Shown: positions 47,473 to 56,568 of the stretch, piece by piece | How positions within the stretch are numbered: position 1 is the first letter of the stretch | Layout: each line of letters starts with the position of its first letter | DNA from: Candidatus Harrisonbacteria bacterium | GTDB lineage: Bacteria > Patescibacteriota > Minisyncoccia > UBA6257 > 02-FULL-45-10c | NCBI GenBank assembly: GCA_016192685.1 | Contig: JACPTS010000001.1 | Location: forward strand, 161,710-225,709 | Reading direction: 5' to 3' | Length of the DNA: 64,000 nucleotides | Translations under genes and position numbers: made by a program | The notes under the pieces: generated by a model | The model's input: the letters and a program-made list of their open reading frames with translations, nothing else | The model's database searches: none | Told to the model about the DNA's origin: nothing

Positions 47473-49563
47473 ATGACTAAAAAAAATAAGAAAAACAAGC
47501 CTGGCCAAAATTTTCCAGGAAAACTGCGGTCTTTCCGTTCCCAAATCCATCCGGAAACCGAACGGAGCATTTTAGCGGTTTTTTTCATTGCCGCCAGCGC
47601 AGTCTTAATTTTAGCCAGTTTTCATAACGCCGGCCCGGCTGGAGAATTTATTTTTAACTGGCTGACGAAATTCTTCGGGTTTGGCTATTACTTATTTCCT
47701 ACTATTTTTCTGGTTATCGCCGGAGTCTTTCTTTCCGGCGGAAAAGAAGAAAACGACCGGTCGCTGGGAATGACTTTTTTGGGCGGAACGCTTTTTATAA
47801 TTTCCGGACTCGGTTTAATTGATATCCTTTATCCGGCCAAAGGAGGCTGGATCGGAGAATGGATGGGAATGATTGAAATTCCTTTTGGTTATATTGCCGG
47901 CATTATTATCGCCGCCACCATCCTAATCTCCGCCCTGCTTTTAACTATTAATCTGCCGCTAAAATTATGGCGGCCGAAGCCGAAAATTATCATTCAAACT
48001 CCGGAACCAGAAAAACCGGCAGCCGGAGAAACTGCTTTAACTCCCAAGGAAGAAAAAAAGATAGAAGCCCCGACAATAAAAATAGAAAATCCTAAAGCCT
48101 TTTTTACTCCAAAAAAACAAATTAAAGCTTCGGCTGACGCTATTGGAAAAAACTATACTCCCCCGCCGCTTTCGCTTTTAAAATCCACCATTGAGAAACC
48201 GACAGCCGGCGATTTGCGCGCCAACGCCAACATTATTAAAAGAACTCTAGACAGTTTTGGCATTCCGGTGGAAATGGGAGAAATTTCCATCGGCCCGAAA
48301 GTTACCCGATACACCCTAAAGCCAGCCGAAGGAATAAAACTGGCGCGCATCACGGCTTTAAATCAGGACTTAGCCTTGGCGCTCGCCGCCCATCCCATCC
48401 GGATTGAAGCGCCAATCCCAGGAAAATCCCTGGTCGGCATTGAAGTGCCGAATAAATCCGCGGCCATTGTCCGTCTTGGCAGTTTAATGGCTTTTCCGGA
48501 ATTCACCGCTTCCGGCCCGCTGGGATTTATTTTGGGGCGGGATGTCAGCGGCGACCCGATTATGGCGGACATCGGCAAAATGCCGCATCTTTTGATTGCC
48601 GGTTCCACCGGTTCTGGAAAATCAGTCGCCATCCATTCTTTAATTATTTCTCTTTTATATAAAAATTCTCCGGAAACTTTAAAATTGATACTGATTGACC
48701 CGAAGCGGGTAGAACTTACTATCTATAATGAAATTCCCCATCTAATCGCTCCGGTGATTACCGACGGCAAAAAAGCGCTCGGGGTTTTCCGCTGGGCAAT
48801 TGAAGAAATGGAAAAACGGTATGAAAAACTCCAAGCCGCGGGCGCCAGAGACATTAAAAGCTATAACGCTTCCCGACCCAGCGAATCCCTGCCTTATTTA
48901 GCAATCATAGTTGATGAACTGGCGGATTTAATGGCGGCTTATGGCCGCGACGTGGAAAGCGCTATTGTCCGCCTTGCCCAAATGGCTCGCGCCACCGGAA
49001 TCCATCTGGTGCTTTCCACCCAAAGGCCGTCAGTAGAAGTTATCACCGGACTAATTAAAGCAAACATTACTTCCCGCATGGCGCTTCAAGTAGCGAGCCA
49101 AGTGGATTCCCGAACTATTCTGGATATGTCCGGAGCGGAAAAACTGCTGGGCGGCGGCGATATGCTTTTTGTTTCCGCGGAACTTTCTAAGCCCAAAAGA
49201 ATTCAGGGCGCTTACATCAGCGAAGAAGAACTCCACGCGGTTACTGATTTTATTCGCGACAACAATGAAATCTTAAAAAATGAAACCGGTGAAGAACCAG
49301 AAGATCTTAACCCGACGATCGCGGACAAATTTGATTTTGATGAATTCGCCAGCGCCGAAGAAGATGATGAATTATATGACGAGGCAGTAGCCGTTGTCCG
49401 AGAAGCCCAAAAAGCTTCGGCCTCTCTTTTACAGCGCCGACTGGCAGTCGGCTATGCCCGCGCCGCGCGCCTTTTGGACATCATGGAAGAGCGCGGCGTG
49501 GTCGGCCCAGGCGACGGCGCCAAACCGCGGGAAGTATACATTGATAAAACCGATAATTTATAA
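47473..49563 (+). CDS. ftsK: DNA translocase FtsK
   Basis: N-terminal transmembrane helices; GSTGSGKSV Walker A; LILIDPKRVEL; IVDELADLM; RATGIHLVLSTQRPSV; C-terminal gamma winged-helix (LLQRRLAVGYARAARLLDIMEERGVV). Confidence 0.9.
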   Translation: MTKKNKKNKPGQNFPGKLRSFRSQIHPETERSILAVFFIAASAVLILASFHNAGPAGEFIFNWLTKFFGFGYYLFPTIFLVIAGVFLSGGKEENDRSLGMTFLGGTLFIISGLGLIDILYPAKGGWIGEWMGMIEIPFGYIAGIIIAATILISALLLTINLPLKLWRPKPKIIIQTPEPEKPAAGETALTPKEEKKIEAPTIKIENPKAFFTPKKQIKASADAIGKNYTPPPLSLLKSTIEKPTAGDLRANANIIKRTLDSFGIPVEMGEISIGPKVTRYTLKPAEGIKLARITALNQDLALALAAHPIRIEAPIPGKSLVGIEVPNKSAAIVRLGSLMAFPEFTASGPLGFILGRDVSGDPIMADIGKMPHLLIAGSTGSGKSVAIHSLIISLLYKNSPETLKLILIDPKRVELTIYNEIPHLIAPVITDGKKALGVFRWAIEEMEKRYEKLQAAGARDIKSYNASRPSESLPYLAIIVDELADLMAAYGRDVESAIVRLAQMARATGIHLVLSTQRPSVEVITGLIKANITSRMALQVASQVDSRTILDMSGAEKLLGGGDMLFVSAELSKPKRIQGAYISEEELHAVTDFIRDNNEILKNETGEEPEDLNPTIADKFDFDEFASAEEDDELYDEAVAVVREAQKASASLLQRRLAVGYARAARLLDIMEERGVVGPGDGAKPREVYIDKTDNL

Positions 49564-49577
49564 TAAACTGGTTATTT

Positions 49578-50225
49578 ATGGAAACTCACAAAGACCTTAA
49601 AACTTTATTGGATGACGCCCTGGAACTTCGCAATGTCAATCATGAGAGGCTGGCAGAGCTCACCGGCATTTCCGAACGCTACCTTTGGGCAATTCAAAAT
49701 CTGGAAGTTGATAAATTGCCGGCCGCTCCTTACGTCCGCGGCTATCTTAAAAAAATTTCTGAAGTCCTCCATTTAAATCACGACGAGCTTTGGGAAATGT
49801 ATAAAAAAGCCATGGAGAAAAAAACTGCCGGCCGCTATGACACTCTGCCGGCTAACCGTTTTTCTATCCGGCATTTATCCCGGAGAGAATTATTTTTATT
49901 AGGAGCCGGCGCTCTGCTGATTCTTTACCTTATAATTAACCTGCCAAGGCTAATCGGCAAACCAACTCTTGTTGTTACCAATCCAACCGCGCCGATTTTC
50001 GCGTTTTTTGAAAAAACTATTATTTTAACCGGATATTCAAACCAAAGAGACAAACTCACGGTTAATGGCGAAGAAATTTTTATTTCAAAAACCGGCGAGT
50101 TTTCCAAAGAATATTCTTTACAGCCCGGATTAAATAAGATAGAATTTAAGGCAAAGCGATTCCTGGGAAAAGAAGTTTCGGAAATTAGAGAAATAATTTA
50201 TCAACCAATCAATGGTCAAAGATAA
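49578..50225 (+). CDS. RodZ-like cytoskeleton protein (HTH + transmembrane helix + C-terminal domain)
   Basis: N-terminal [33 protein letters not shown], one transmembrane helix. Confidence 0.45.
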   Translation: METHKDLKTLLDDALELRNVNHERLAELTGISERYLWAIQNLEVDKLPAAPYVRGYLKKISEVLHLNHDELWEMYKKAMEKKTAGRYDTLPANRFSIRHLSRRELFLLGAGALLILYLIINLPRLIGKPTLVVTNPTAPIFAFFEKTIILTGYSNQRDKLTVNGEEIFISKTGEFSKEYSLQPGLNKIEFKAKRFLGKEVSEIREIIYQPINGQR

Positions 50226-51210
50226 AAAATTAACAGAAGAAAATAAAGACTTAGAAAATCTCCTTTCCTCGTTGCAGGGAAAATTCGGCGAAGGCGCAAT
50301 AATGAAACTGGGCGACGCCAAAAAAGTAAACGTGGACGTGATTCCCACCGGTTCTTTTTCTTTGGATTTGGCATTGGGCGTCGGCGGCATACCTAAGGGA
50401 AGAATCGTAGAAATTTTCGGCCCGGAATCATCCGGCAAAACTACCCTGGCTTTAAATGTCGTTGCTCAAGCGCAAAAAAAGGGCGGCAGAGCCGCTTTTA
50501 TTGACGCCGAACACGCCATGGACCCGGATTATGCCGCCAAGCTCGGAGTTAAAATAAAAGAACTTTTAATTTCCCAGCCGGACAGCGGCGAAGAAGCCTT
50601 AAATATTTTAGAAAGCCTGGTAAAATCCGGAATGATTGATGTGGTAGTGGTGGATTCCGTAGCCGCCCTTACGCCTAAAGCGGAACTGGAAGGAGAAATG
50701 GGCGCGACTCACGTTGGTTTGCAGGCGCGGATGATGTCCCAGGCGCTGCGAAAACTTACGGCGATTTCCGCCAAATCCAACACGATGATTATTTTTATCA
50801 ATCAGCTCCGGGAAAAAATCGGCGTAATGTGGGGGTCTCCCGAAACAACGCCCGGCGGCCGAGCGCTTAAATTCTATTCTTCCGTCCGGATTGACGTGCG
50901 CCGGATCGCCCAAGTTAAAAAAGGCGACGCCGTAGTCGGCAACCGAGTCAGAGCCAAAGTGGTAAAAAATAAAGTGGCGCCGCCGTTTCGCGAAGCCGAA
51001 TTTGACATTATGTTCGGCGAAGGCATTTCTTACGAGGGCGATGTTCTTAATGCCGCCCTAAAACACGGCGCGGTTACCAAATCCGGCGCCACCTACTCTC
51101 TGGAGGGCCAAAAACTCGGCGTAGGATTTGATAAAGTAACGGAAATGCTGAAAGAAGATAAAAAACTTTTAAACGAACTTAAGAAAAAAACCGAATCAAT
51201 TTTAAAATAA
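50212..51210 (+). CDS. recA: recombinase RecA
   Basis: [64 protein letters not shown]. Confidence 0.95.
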   Translation: MVKDKKLTEENKDLENLLSSLQGKFGEGAIMKLGDAKKVNVDVIPTGSFSLDLALGVGGIPKGRIVEIFGPESSGKTTLALNVVAQAQKKGGRAAFIDAEHAMDPDYAAKLGVKIKELLISQPDSGEEALNILESLVKSGMIDVVVVDSVAALTPKAELEGEMGATHVGLQARMMSQALRKLTAISAKSNTMIIFINQLREKIGVMWGSPETTPGGRALKFYSSVRIDVRRIAQVKKGDAVVGNRVRAKVVKNKVAPPFREAEFDIMFGEGISYEGDVLNAALKHGAVTKSGATYSLEGQKLGVGFDKVTEMLKEDKKLLNELKKKTESILK

Positions 51211-51286
51211 TTTTCCGCCAGTCTTGTAAAATTCTTTAAAAAGTTTATCATATAATTAGTCCTAAAAATCATAATGGGCGGTTAGG

Positions 51287-51580
51287 ATGAAAACCAACGG
51301 ACAACTGCCGATTCAAGAATTGGAAGAGTGCGTTAAAAAACTTCAAGAAACTGAAGACGGCAACTATATCGTCTGGGCCGCTATCGGACCGGATGATCAC
51401 TTTCTCAAAGACCAGCAAGGCAAAATTATTGCCAGCACTTCCCCAATTGATATCCAATCAAAAATAGAGGAATGTTATCCGGAATTGGCAAAAAAGAAAA
51501 CTTATCACCTTAAACCTCTGACCGAAGAATACCTGGAAAGAATTAAAACCAGAAGTATTTATCCAAGACTCCCTCATTAG
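51287..51580 (+). CDS. hypothetical protein
   Basis: 97-aa ORF, no recognisable motif. Confidence 0.3.
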   Translation: MKTNGQLPIQELEECVKKLQETEDGNYIVWAAIGPDDHFLKDQQGKIIASTSPIDIQSKIEECYPELAKKKTYHLKPLTEEYLERIKTRSIYPRLPH

Positions 51581-52425
51581 AGGGAGTTTAATTTGTAAAA
51601 ATTTTTAAATATCTCGGCAACTAATATCGGTCCGGTTCCGCCCGGTGTGGGAGTATAAAAGCTTAAATCATGAAGCTTAAAACTTGAAACATCTAAATCT
51701 CCGTGAATTTTTTTCGTATCTGTTTCATGTTTCATGTTACATGTTTCATCGCACAAGCTGTAGCCAAAATCAATAACGCCCGCGCCTGGCTTTAACATTT
51801 CCGGCTTTATTAAGCCGCCTTTTCCAACCGCGGTAATCACCAAATCCGCTTCTCTAATTTTTGATAAATCACTTTTGCTGTGGAAAATAATTAATTCTTT
51901 ACATTTGCCCCGCAGCCAATCCGCCATTGGTTTCCCGACCAAAAATCCCCTTCCAACCACCGCTATCACTTTAGTCTTAAGTTCATAATCTCTGGTCTGT
52001 AGTATATCTTTAACCACTTCCACTGGCAGCGGCGAAACAAATTTTTGGCTTTCCGGCGTCAGCGCGTCAATATCTTGTTTCGGGTTAATTGCGGCTAAAA
52101 CCGTGTCGCGGTTAAAATGCGGCGGCAGGGGCAATTGCACGATTAAACCGCCGATTTCAGGATCAGCGCCGATTTTCTTAATTTCCGAAATTAAATCTTC
52201 CTCTAAAATTTCATCTCCAAATTGAAATAATTCAAAAACTATTCCCAATTCTTTAGCCATCAGTTCTTTCTGCCGCAAAAAACTTTTGGACTGCGCCGCT
52301 TGAGGTGAGCCCGTCGAACCAACTAAAATCGCGGCCAGAATTTTATTTGGTTTTGATAATTTTTTTAAATCTGAAATAATATCACTTGCTAATTTTTTAC
52401 CGTCAATTACCATGCGATTTTCCAT
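51577..52425 (-). CDS. folD: bifunctional methylenetetrahydrofolate dehydrogenase/cyclohydrolase FolD (with C-terminal-region insert)
   Basis: ILVGSTGSPQAAQSKSFLRQK, LIVQLPLP, VIAVVGRGFLVGKPMA, TPTPGGTGP; insert CNMKHETDTKK...SSFKLH encoded at 51660..51750. Confidence 0.85.
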   Translation of the reverse strand: MENRMVIDGKKLASDIISDLKKLSKPNKILAAILVGSTGSPQAAQSKSFLRQKELMAKELGIVFELFQFGDEILEEDLISEIKKIGADPEIGGLIVQLPLPPHFNRDTVLAAINPKQDIDALTPESQKFVSPLPVEVVKDILQTRDYELKTKVIAVVGRGFLVGKPMADWLRGKCKELIIFHSKSDLSKIREADLVITAVGKGGLIKPEMLKPGAGVIDFGYSLCDETCNMKHETDTKKIHGDLDVSSFKLHDLSFYTPTPGGTGPILVAEIFKNFYKLNSL

Positions 52426-53387
52426 TACAAAATCATTCTTATCGCCTTGGCAATTTTCTCCGAATCATGCCGCACGAAACCTTTCGGCCTTAATAAATCG
52501 GCGGTTACCGGCATAAAATTTTTATTCAGGCGGATATTCCCTAAATCCGGCTCAACAAATTCCGCCCGTTCTTTGATATAACCGGCTAATCGCCGCGGCG
52601 ACGGTTTCCGGTTATTGATAATGGCAAAATCCAAAACTTCTTTTCCCAGATAAGACTGCAAAGTATTAATAAAATCAGAAGCGGAAAAATTATTGGTTTC
52701 CCCGAATTTAGTCATTAAATTGGTGAAGTAAGCCACTTTCGCTTTAGTTTTTTGAAGCGCCTCTCTCATTCCTTTTACCAGCAAATTAGGAATTAAACTG
52801 GTGTATAAATCTCCCGGACCGATAATTACTAAGTCAGCTTCTAAAATCGCTTTCCGGGCATTAGGATTAAGCGCCGCTTCCGGCTTTAGCCAAACTCTTT
52901 TTATTTTTATCCGGCCGTCATGGTTGGGAATATCAATATTGGTTTCTCCTTTTATAATTTGGCCGTCTTCCAATTCGGCTAAAAGCTGCGCCCGATCAAG
53001 GGTAACCGGCACCACCTTTCCTTCTGCCAGCAAAATTTTACCGGCCTCCTCAATGGCTTGCTCAAAATCATCGGTAATCCGATGAAGGGCGGTAATTAAT
53101 AAGTTGCCGAAAGTATGGCCAGCCAGCCCCACCCCTTCTTGAAACCGATAAGAAAATAAATTCGCGAGCATCTTATTATCCGAAGCCGAAAGGGCAATTA
53201 AAGCCCGGCGGATATCTCCGGGCGGAAGCATTCCAAATTCTTCCCGCAGAATGCCGGTGGATCCGCCGTCGTCGGCCATCGTGACAATCGCGGTCAAATT
53301 TTTAAAATGCGGCTTGAGGGCGGTAAGAACCGTAAAAACACCGGTGCCGCCGCCGATAACTACAATCTTTTTATTAGCTTGCTTCAT
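52425..53387 (-). CDS. yvcK: YvcK/CofD-family gluconeogenesis factor (UPF0052)
   Basis: KKIVVIGGGTGVFTVLTALK...AIVTMADDGGSTGILREE...LPPGDIRRALIAL. Confidence 0.8.
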   Translation of the reverse strand: MKQANKKIVVIGGGTGVFTVLTALKPHFKNLTAIVTMADDGGSTGILREEFGMLPPGDIRRALIALSASDNKMLANLFSYRFQEGVGLAGHTFGNLLITALHRITDDFEQAIEEAGKILLAEGKVVPVTLDRAQLLAELEDGQIIKGETNIDIPNHDGRIKIKRVWLKPEAALNPNARKAILEADLVIIGPGDLYTSLIPNLLVKGMREALQKTKAKVAYFTNLMTKFGETNNFSASDFINTLQSYLGKEVLDFAIINNRKPSPRRLAGYIKERAEFVEPDLGNIRLNKNFMPVTADLLRPKGFVRHDSEKIAKAIRMIL

Positions 53388-53456
53388 CTCTCAATAATTA
53401 TAACCTCCTATTCTTCCAATTGTTTTTCCAATTAGCTAACAATGCGTTGGAGATTA

Positions 53457-53945
53457 TTATTGAAATAAGCTCCAAATTAAAAATCCAAGCATTACTGTAA
53501 TCAAAGCCAGTTTTATCGCGCTGCCAGCCAGAAATCCAATGGCTGTTCCTTTCGCGGATTGCAAAGCTTGCCCCGATTCTTTTCCTTCAAATAATTCTCC
53601 CAGAAAAGCGCCGAGAAGCGGCCCGATAACAATTCCAATCGGACCCAAAAAGGCAACTCCTAAAATCACGCCGATAAATGAACCGATTATTCCAAAGCGG
53701 CTGGCATTATATTTTTTTGCCCCAATTATTGGCGCAATTATGTCCACCGCCATTGTCAGCAAAACAAATCCTAAAAATATTAAAAGCGCTTTCCAGGTAA
53801 TTGCGGCAAAATTAGTCGCGTAAGCGAAAATCAGCATTCCCAGCCAAGCCATTGGGACTCCGGGCAATAAGGGGAGTATTACGCCCAATCCTCCGGCAAT
53901 CATTAATAGGAAAGATAAAATGATGAGTAAAATTTCTGCTAACAC
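53457..53945 (-). CDS. DUF456-family membrane protein
   Basis: 162 aa, 4 transmembrane helices, GGLGVILPLLPG. Confidence 0.5.
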   Translation of the reverse strand: MLAEILLIILSFLLMIAGGLGVILPLLPGVPMAWLGMLIFAYATNFAAITWKALLIFLGFVLLTMAVDIIAPIIGAKKYNASRFGIIGSFIGVILGVAFLGPIGIVIGPLLGAFLGELFEGKESGQALQSAKGTAIGFLAGSAIKLALITVMLGFLIWSLFQ

Positions 53946-53959
53946 ATTATAATAATAAC

Positions 53960-54334
53960 ATGAGAATAATTATCCCGAAATTAAGCACTGCCCTTCCCAA
54001 TTTTTTACGGCAATGCGGCTATACGCAAATTTCCAATCCCCATAAAAATCAAGAAGTTAGTTATGCCCGCAGTCTGAACCCGGGCCGATTTTATCCGCGT
54101 TTTCACGCTTATCTAGAAATTGGCTCCGTGGAAACAAAAATTAATCTGCACCTGGACGCTAAAAAACCAAGCTACGAAGGAACCACTGCCCACAGCGGCG
54201 AGTATGAAGGCGCGCTGGTGGAGAAAGAGGCAGAACGGATAAAAAATGCCGCTCAAAAATTCCTTTCCCAAACGCCGTCTCAACCCCTTGGCTTTCAAAA
54301 GAAAAAATCATTCTGGAAGCGGCTATTTTCATAA
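53960..54334 (+). CDS. hypothetical protein
   Basis: 124-aa ORF. Confidence 0.3.
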   Translation: MRIIIPKLSTALPNFLRQCGYTQISNPHKNQEVSYARSLNPGRFYPRFHAYLEIGSVETKINLHLDAKKPSYEGTTAHSGEYEGALVEKEAERIKNAAQKFLSQTPSQPLGFQKKKSFWKRLFS

Positions 54335-54390
54335 AGCTCCGCGCAGCAAGCTGCGGAGTATTCGGCGACGGAGAATAAAAATTGGGCCGC

Positions 54391-54702
54391 TTAAAGCGGC
54401 CCAAAAATATATTTAATCAAGGCGGCAATAACTAACAGCAAAACCAAAAACAAAATCGCGCAAACAACAGACTGCCGCCAGCTGACAATTTTATAAATGC
54501 GGTCTTCTACCGGCACCGCCACTGCCGAACACCACTCACACTTTGGCTTTTCCCAATAATCAAACAAAAAGCCGCGGGTCCAATGGCCAACTACCAATTT
54601 CCCGCCGCACTTTAAACAGCAGCCAAACCAAAACCATTTAAGCTTGTTCCGCCAGGTGGCTCGGTTTTTTTGGACTTCATCCAAAAGCTTATTCGGATCC
54701 AC
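54391..54702 (-). CDS. hypothetical Cys/Trp-rich protein with C-terminal transmembrane helix
   Basis: 103-aa ORF. Confidence 0.3.
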   Translation of the reverse strand: MDPNKLLDEVQKNRATWRNKLKWFWFGCCLKCGGKLVVGHWTRGFLFDYWEKPKCEWCSAVAVPVEDRIYKIVSWRQSVVCAILFLVLLLVIAALIKYIFGPL

Positions 54703-54797
54703 CGCTTTGAATTATTTTCAAGCTTTCCTGACCTCAAATTAACACTAAAAAAAGAGCAGGTCAATCAGGGTGCCTAGAGGGAATCACAAATAATTTG

Positions 54798-54869
54798 GGA
54801 GGCATACCGGATTCGAACCGGTGCAAACGCTGCCACAGAGCGTTGTGCTGCCGCTACACCAATGCCTCC
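54798..54869 (-). tRNA. tRNA-His (GTG) with encoded G-1
   Basis: Manual fold: G-1, acceptor GAGGCAT/ATGCCTC, C73, anticodon stem ACGCT/AGCGT with loop CTGTGGC, T-arm ACCGG-TTCGAAT-CCGGT. Confidence 0.8.
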
Positions 54870-54898
54870 ATCTTGGCCCTAAACCCTATTTCTAAACT

Positions 54899-55384
54899 TT
54901 ATTTATAAAGAATTAACCTTCTTGCATAGCCATGATCAACTTTTAATTTCTTGCCAATCTTCCTATAGGATAAACCCCGCCCTCTTAAAAATTTACAAGC
55001 TTTTATCTTTTTCTGCAAACATAATTTATTTTTAAATTGATTAGATACTATTTTTGCGACTATTGGAATAGTTTTTCGCGCAATACCTTTTTTAACTATT
55101 AAATAAGGGTAAATACTTTTAAGAAAAAATAGAACGTCTTTTTGGCGCGCGATGCAATATACCCAATTTTCTTTCCAATGAGGTTTTCTTTTTTTGGCCT
55201 TACAAATATTGCCCATCCCGGAAAAATCTTGAATTTCTTTTAAAACTCCCTCGTGGGTTTGGGGAATTGCAATACGATAATCATTTTTACCGTTTTTCAC
55301 TATATTTCCTTCCCCGTCTACAAATCCAGCTATATAACCCCAATTGATATTCATAATCCCAAGAATAACATATTCTGGTGACAA
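54899..55384 (-). CDS. free-standing LAGLIDADG homing endonuclease
   Basis: WGYIAGFVDGEGN (LAGLIDADG motif), 161 aa, basic C-terminus. Confidence 0.7.
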   Translation of the reverse strand: MSPEYVILGIMNINWGYIAGFVDGEGNIVKNGKNDYRIAIPQTHEGVLKEIQDFSGMGNICKAKKRKPHWKENWVYCIARQKDVLFFLKSIYPYLIVKKGIARKTIPIVAKIVSNQFKNKLCLQKKIKACKFLRGRGLSYRKIGKKLKVDHGYARRLILYK

Positions 55385-55551
55385 ATACTATATACCACTT
55401 ATAATTAAAATCACCAAAATATTAACTTTAATTTATCTTTACTTAAAGATTCAAAGAAAGTCTAGAAAACAAAAAGCCCCGCTAGGATGCGGGGCCACCT
55501 TAAGCAGGAGCTTAAGGATTTGATTGGAGAGGAGTTGTAGGACTGGCCGTC

Positions 55552-55884
55552 CTACGCAGGCACGACGATGAGCATCTTGGGCCGATCCGGAATGGCTTTG
55601 AAAAAGCCGTTCCCCCGGAGATCCACCCCGTAATGCCGTGCGATCTTTCCGAGCACGCGCCGGCTGATCCGCTTCGGAAAGCGGTTCCGGATCTCGGCCA
55701 TCACCCACTGCTCGGCGGTCATCTCGCCGTAGTGATAGTAGAGCTCCTTGACCGATGGCATCGCCGGCAGGCCCAGCCGCTGAATCAGCGGCGCGAGCGG
55801 CACGAGCGGCTCCTCCGTGATCTTCCGGCTCTTGTTCAGCCGGAAGATGTCCAACAGCGACAGCGCGGCATTCTTGAGGTTCAT
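55552..55884 (-). CDS. hypothetical protein in a compositionally foreign (about 60% GC) segment, possibly a mobile-element remnant
   Basis: 110-aa ORF; GC content far above its surroundings; followed by GC-rich terminator hairpins at 55465..55484 and 55514..55532. Confidence 0.35.
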   Translation of the reverse strand: MNLKNAALSLLDIFRLNKSRKITEEPLVPLAPLIQRLGLPAMPSVKELYYHYGEMTAEQWVMAEIRNRFPKRISRRVLGKIARHYGVDLRGNGFFKAIPDRPKMLIVVPA

Positions 55885-55968
55885 GGCTCCACCTCTGCTT
55901 TATTTAGGTACATAAGCTTTTCAGCTTACAAAATAAGTATAGCATACTTTAAAGCTTTTGTCAATAGT

Positions 55969-55990
55969 GCCTGGGCGGTGAATCCGCTTC
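55969..55990 (-). repeat. partial direct duplicate of the tRNA-Phe 3' end (acceptor/T-arm remnant), adjacent to a degenerate copy of the intron 3' hairpin
   Basis: tgcctgggcggtgaatc is identical to 56164..56180; the hairpin cgagcacataaagcattatgtgctcg (about 56050) resembles the intron hairpin ccgagcatataaattttatatgctcgg. Confidence 0.6.
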
Positions 55991-56163
55991 GCTAGAACAC
56001 TCGCCCTTCGGGCTCTTTGGAACCCAGCGGTTCCAACCCGAGCACATAAAGCATTATGTGCTCGGTGCCTCCGCCACGAGAAAACTCCCGTTTTCCCGAC
56101 CCCTTTCCCGTGTTCGATTCACCGCAAAAATTTAAAAACGGCATTCGCCGTTTTTAAATTTTG

Positions 56164-56464
56164 TGCCTGGGCGGTGAATCGAACACCGGACGCCAGCCTC
56201 TTCCAAGGCTAACTTGGACTATATCATCACCGAGCATATAAATTTTATATGCTCGGGCTAGGCGCTTCGTCCCGCAATGCGGGACTACTCCCCGAAAGGA
56301 TAGTCTCTACACCTTCAACGATTACAAAATCGAAGCTTGGCTCGGGATTCCCAAATAAAAATGTCATTTGACCTTCCCCGAATTCACCTAGTTTTTCAAC
56401 CCCGCTTACGCGGGGAAGCCCCAAAGAATTTGAGGGCTGCGCTCTACCACTGAGCTACCCAGGC
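56164..56464 (-). tRNA. tRNA-Phe (GAA) interrupted by a group I intron between positions 33 and 34 (5' exon 56464..56433, 3' exon 56203..56164)
   Basis: Exons fold into a cloverleaf: acceptor GCCTGGG/CCCAGGC, D-arm GCTC-AGTGGTA-GAGC, anticodon stem CAGCC/GGCTG, loop CT|GAAGA, T-arm CGGTG-TTCGATT-CACCG, A73. Confidence 0.7.
56204..56432 (-). mobile_element. group I intron (229 nt, no ORF) in the tRNA-Phe anticodon loop
   Basis: P1: exon GCCCU pairs with intron GGGGC, with U.G at the splice site. P10: intron UCUUU pairs with the 3' exon GAAGA. P7 elements AGAGACUA (R) and GAUAUAGUCC (S). Terminal G before the 3' exon. Confidence 0.7.
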
Positions 56465-56568
56465 ATAAATATAATTTAAACAAAATTGGCATTTAATTCA
56501 AGTTATTGACTTATTAAACTAACTGAAATATCTTTAAACTAACTTTAAAAACCGCATAAGAGTTTGTT

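Noticed and set aside
55451-55708. 85-aa alternative-frame ORF overlapping the GC-rich ORF 55552..55884
   Set aside because: In high-GC sequence open frames arise by chance. The longer 110-aa frame with downstream terminators was preferred, and even that is low confidence.
55450-56165. Possibility that the 60%-GC block is contamination or a chimeric join
   Set aside because: This cannot be excluded from sequence alone. It is flanked on both sides by native-looking AT-rich genes and by tRNA-derived repeats typical of integration sites. I therefore kept it as a probable horizontally acquired insert and flagged a coverage check.
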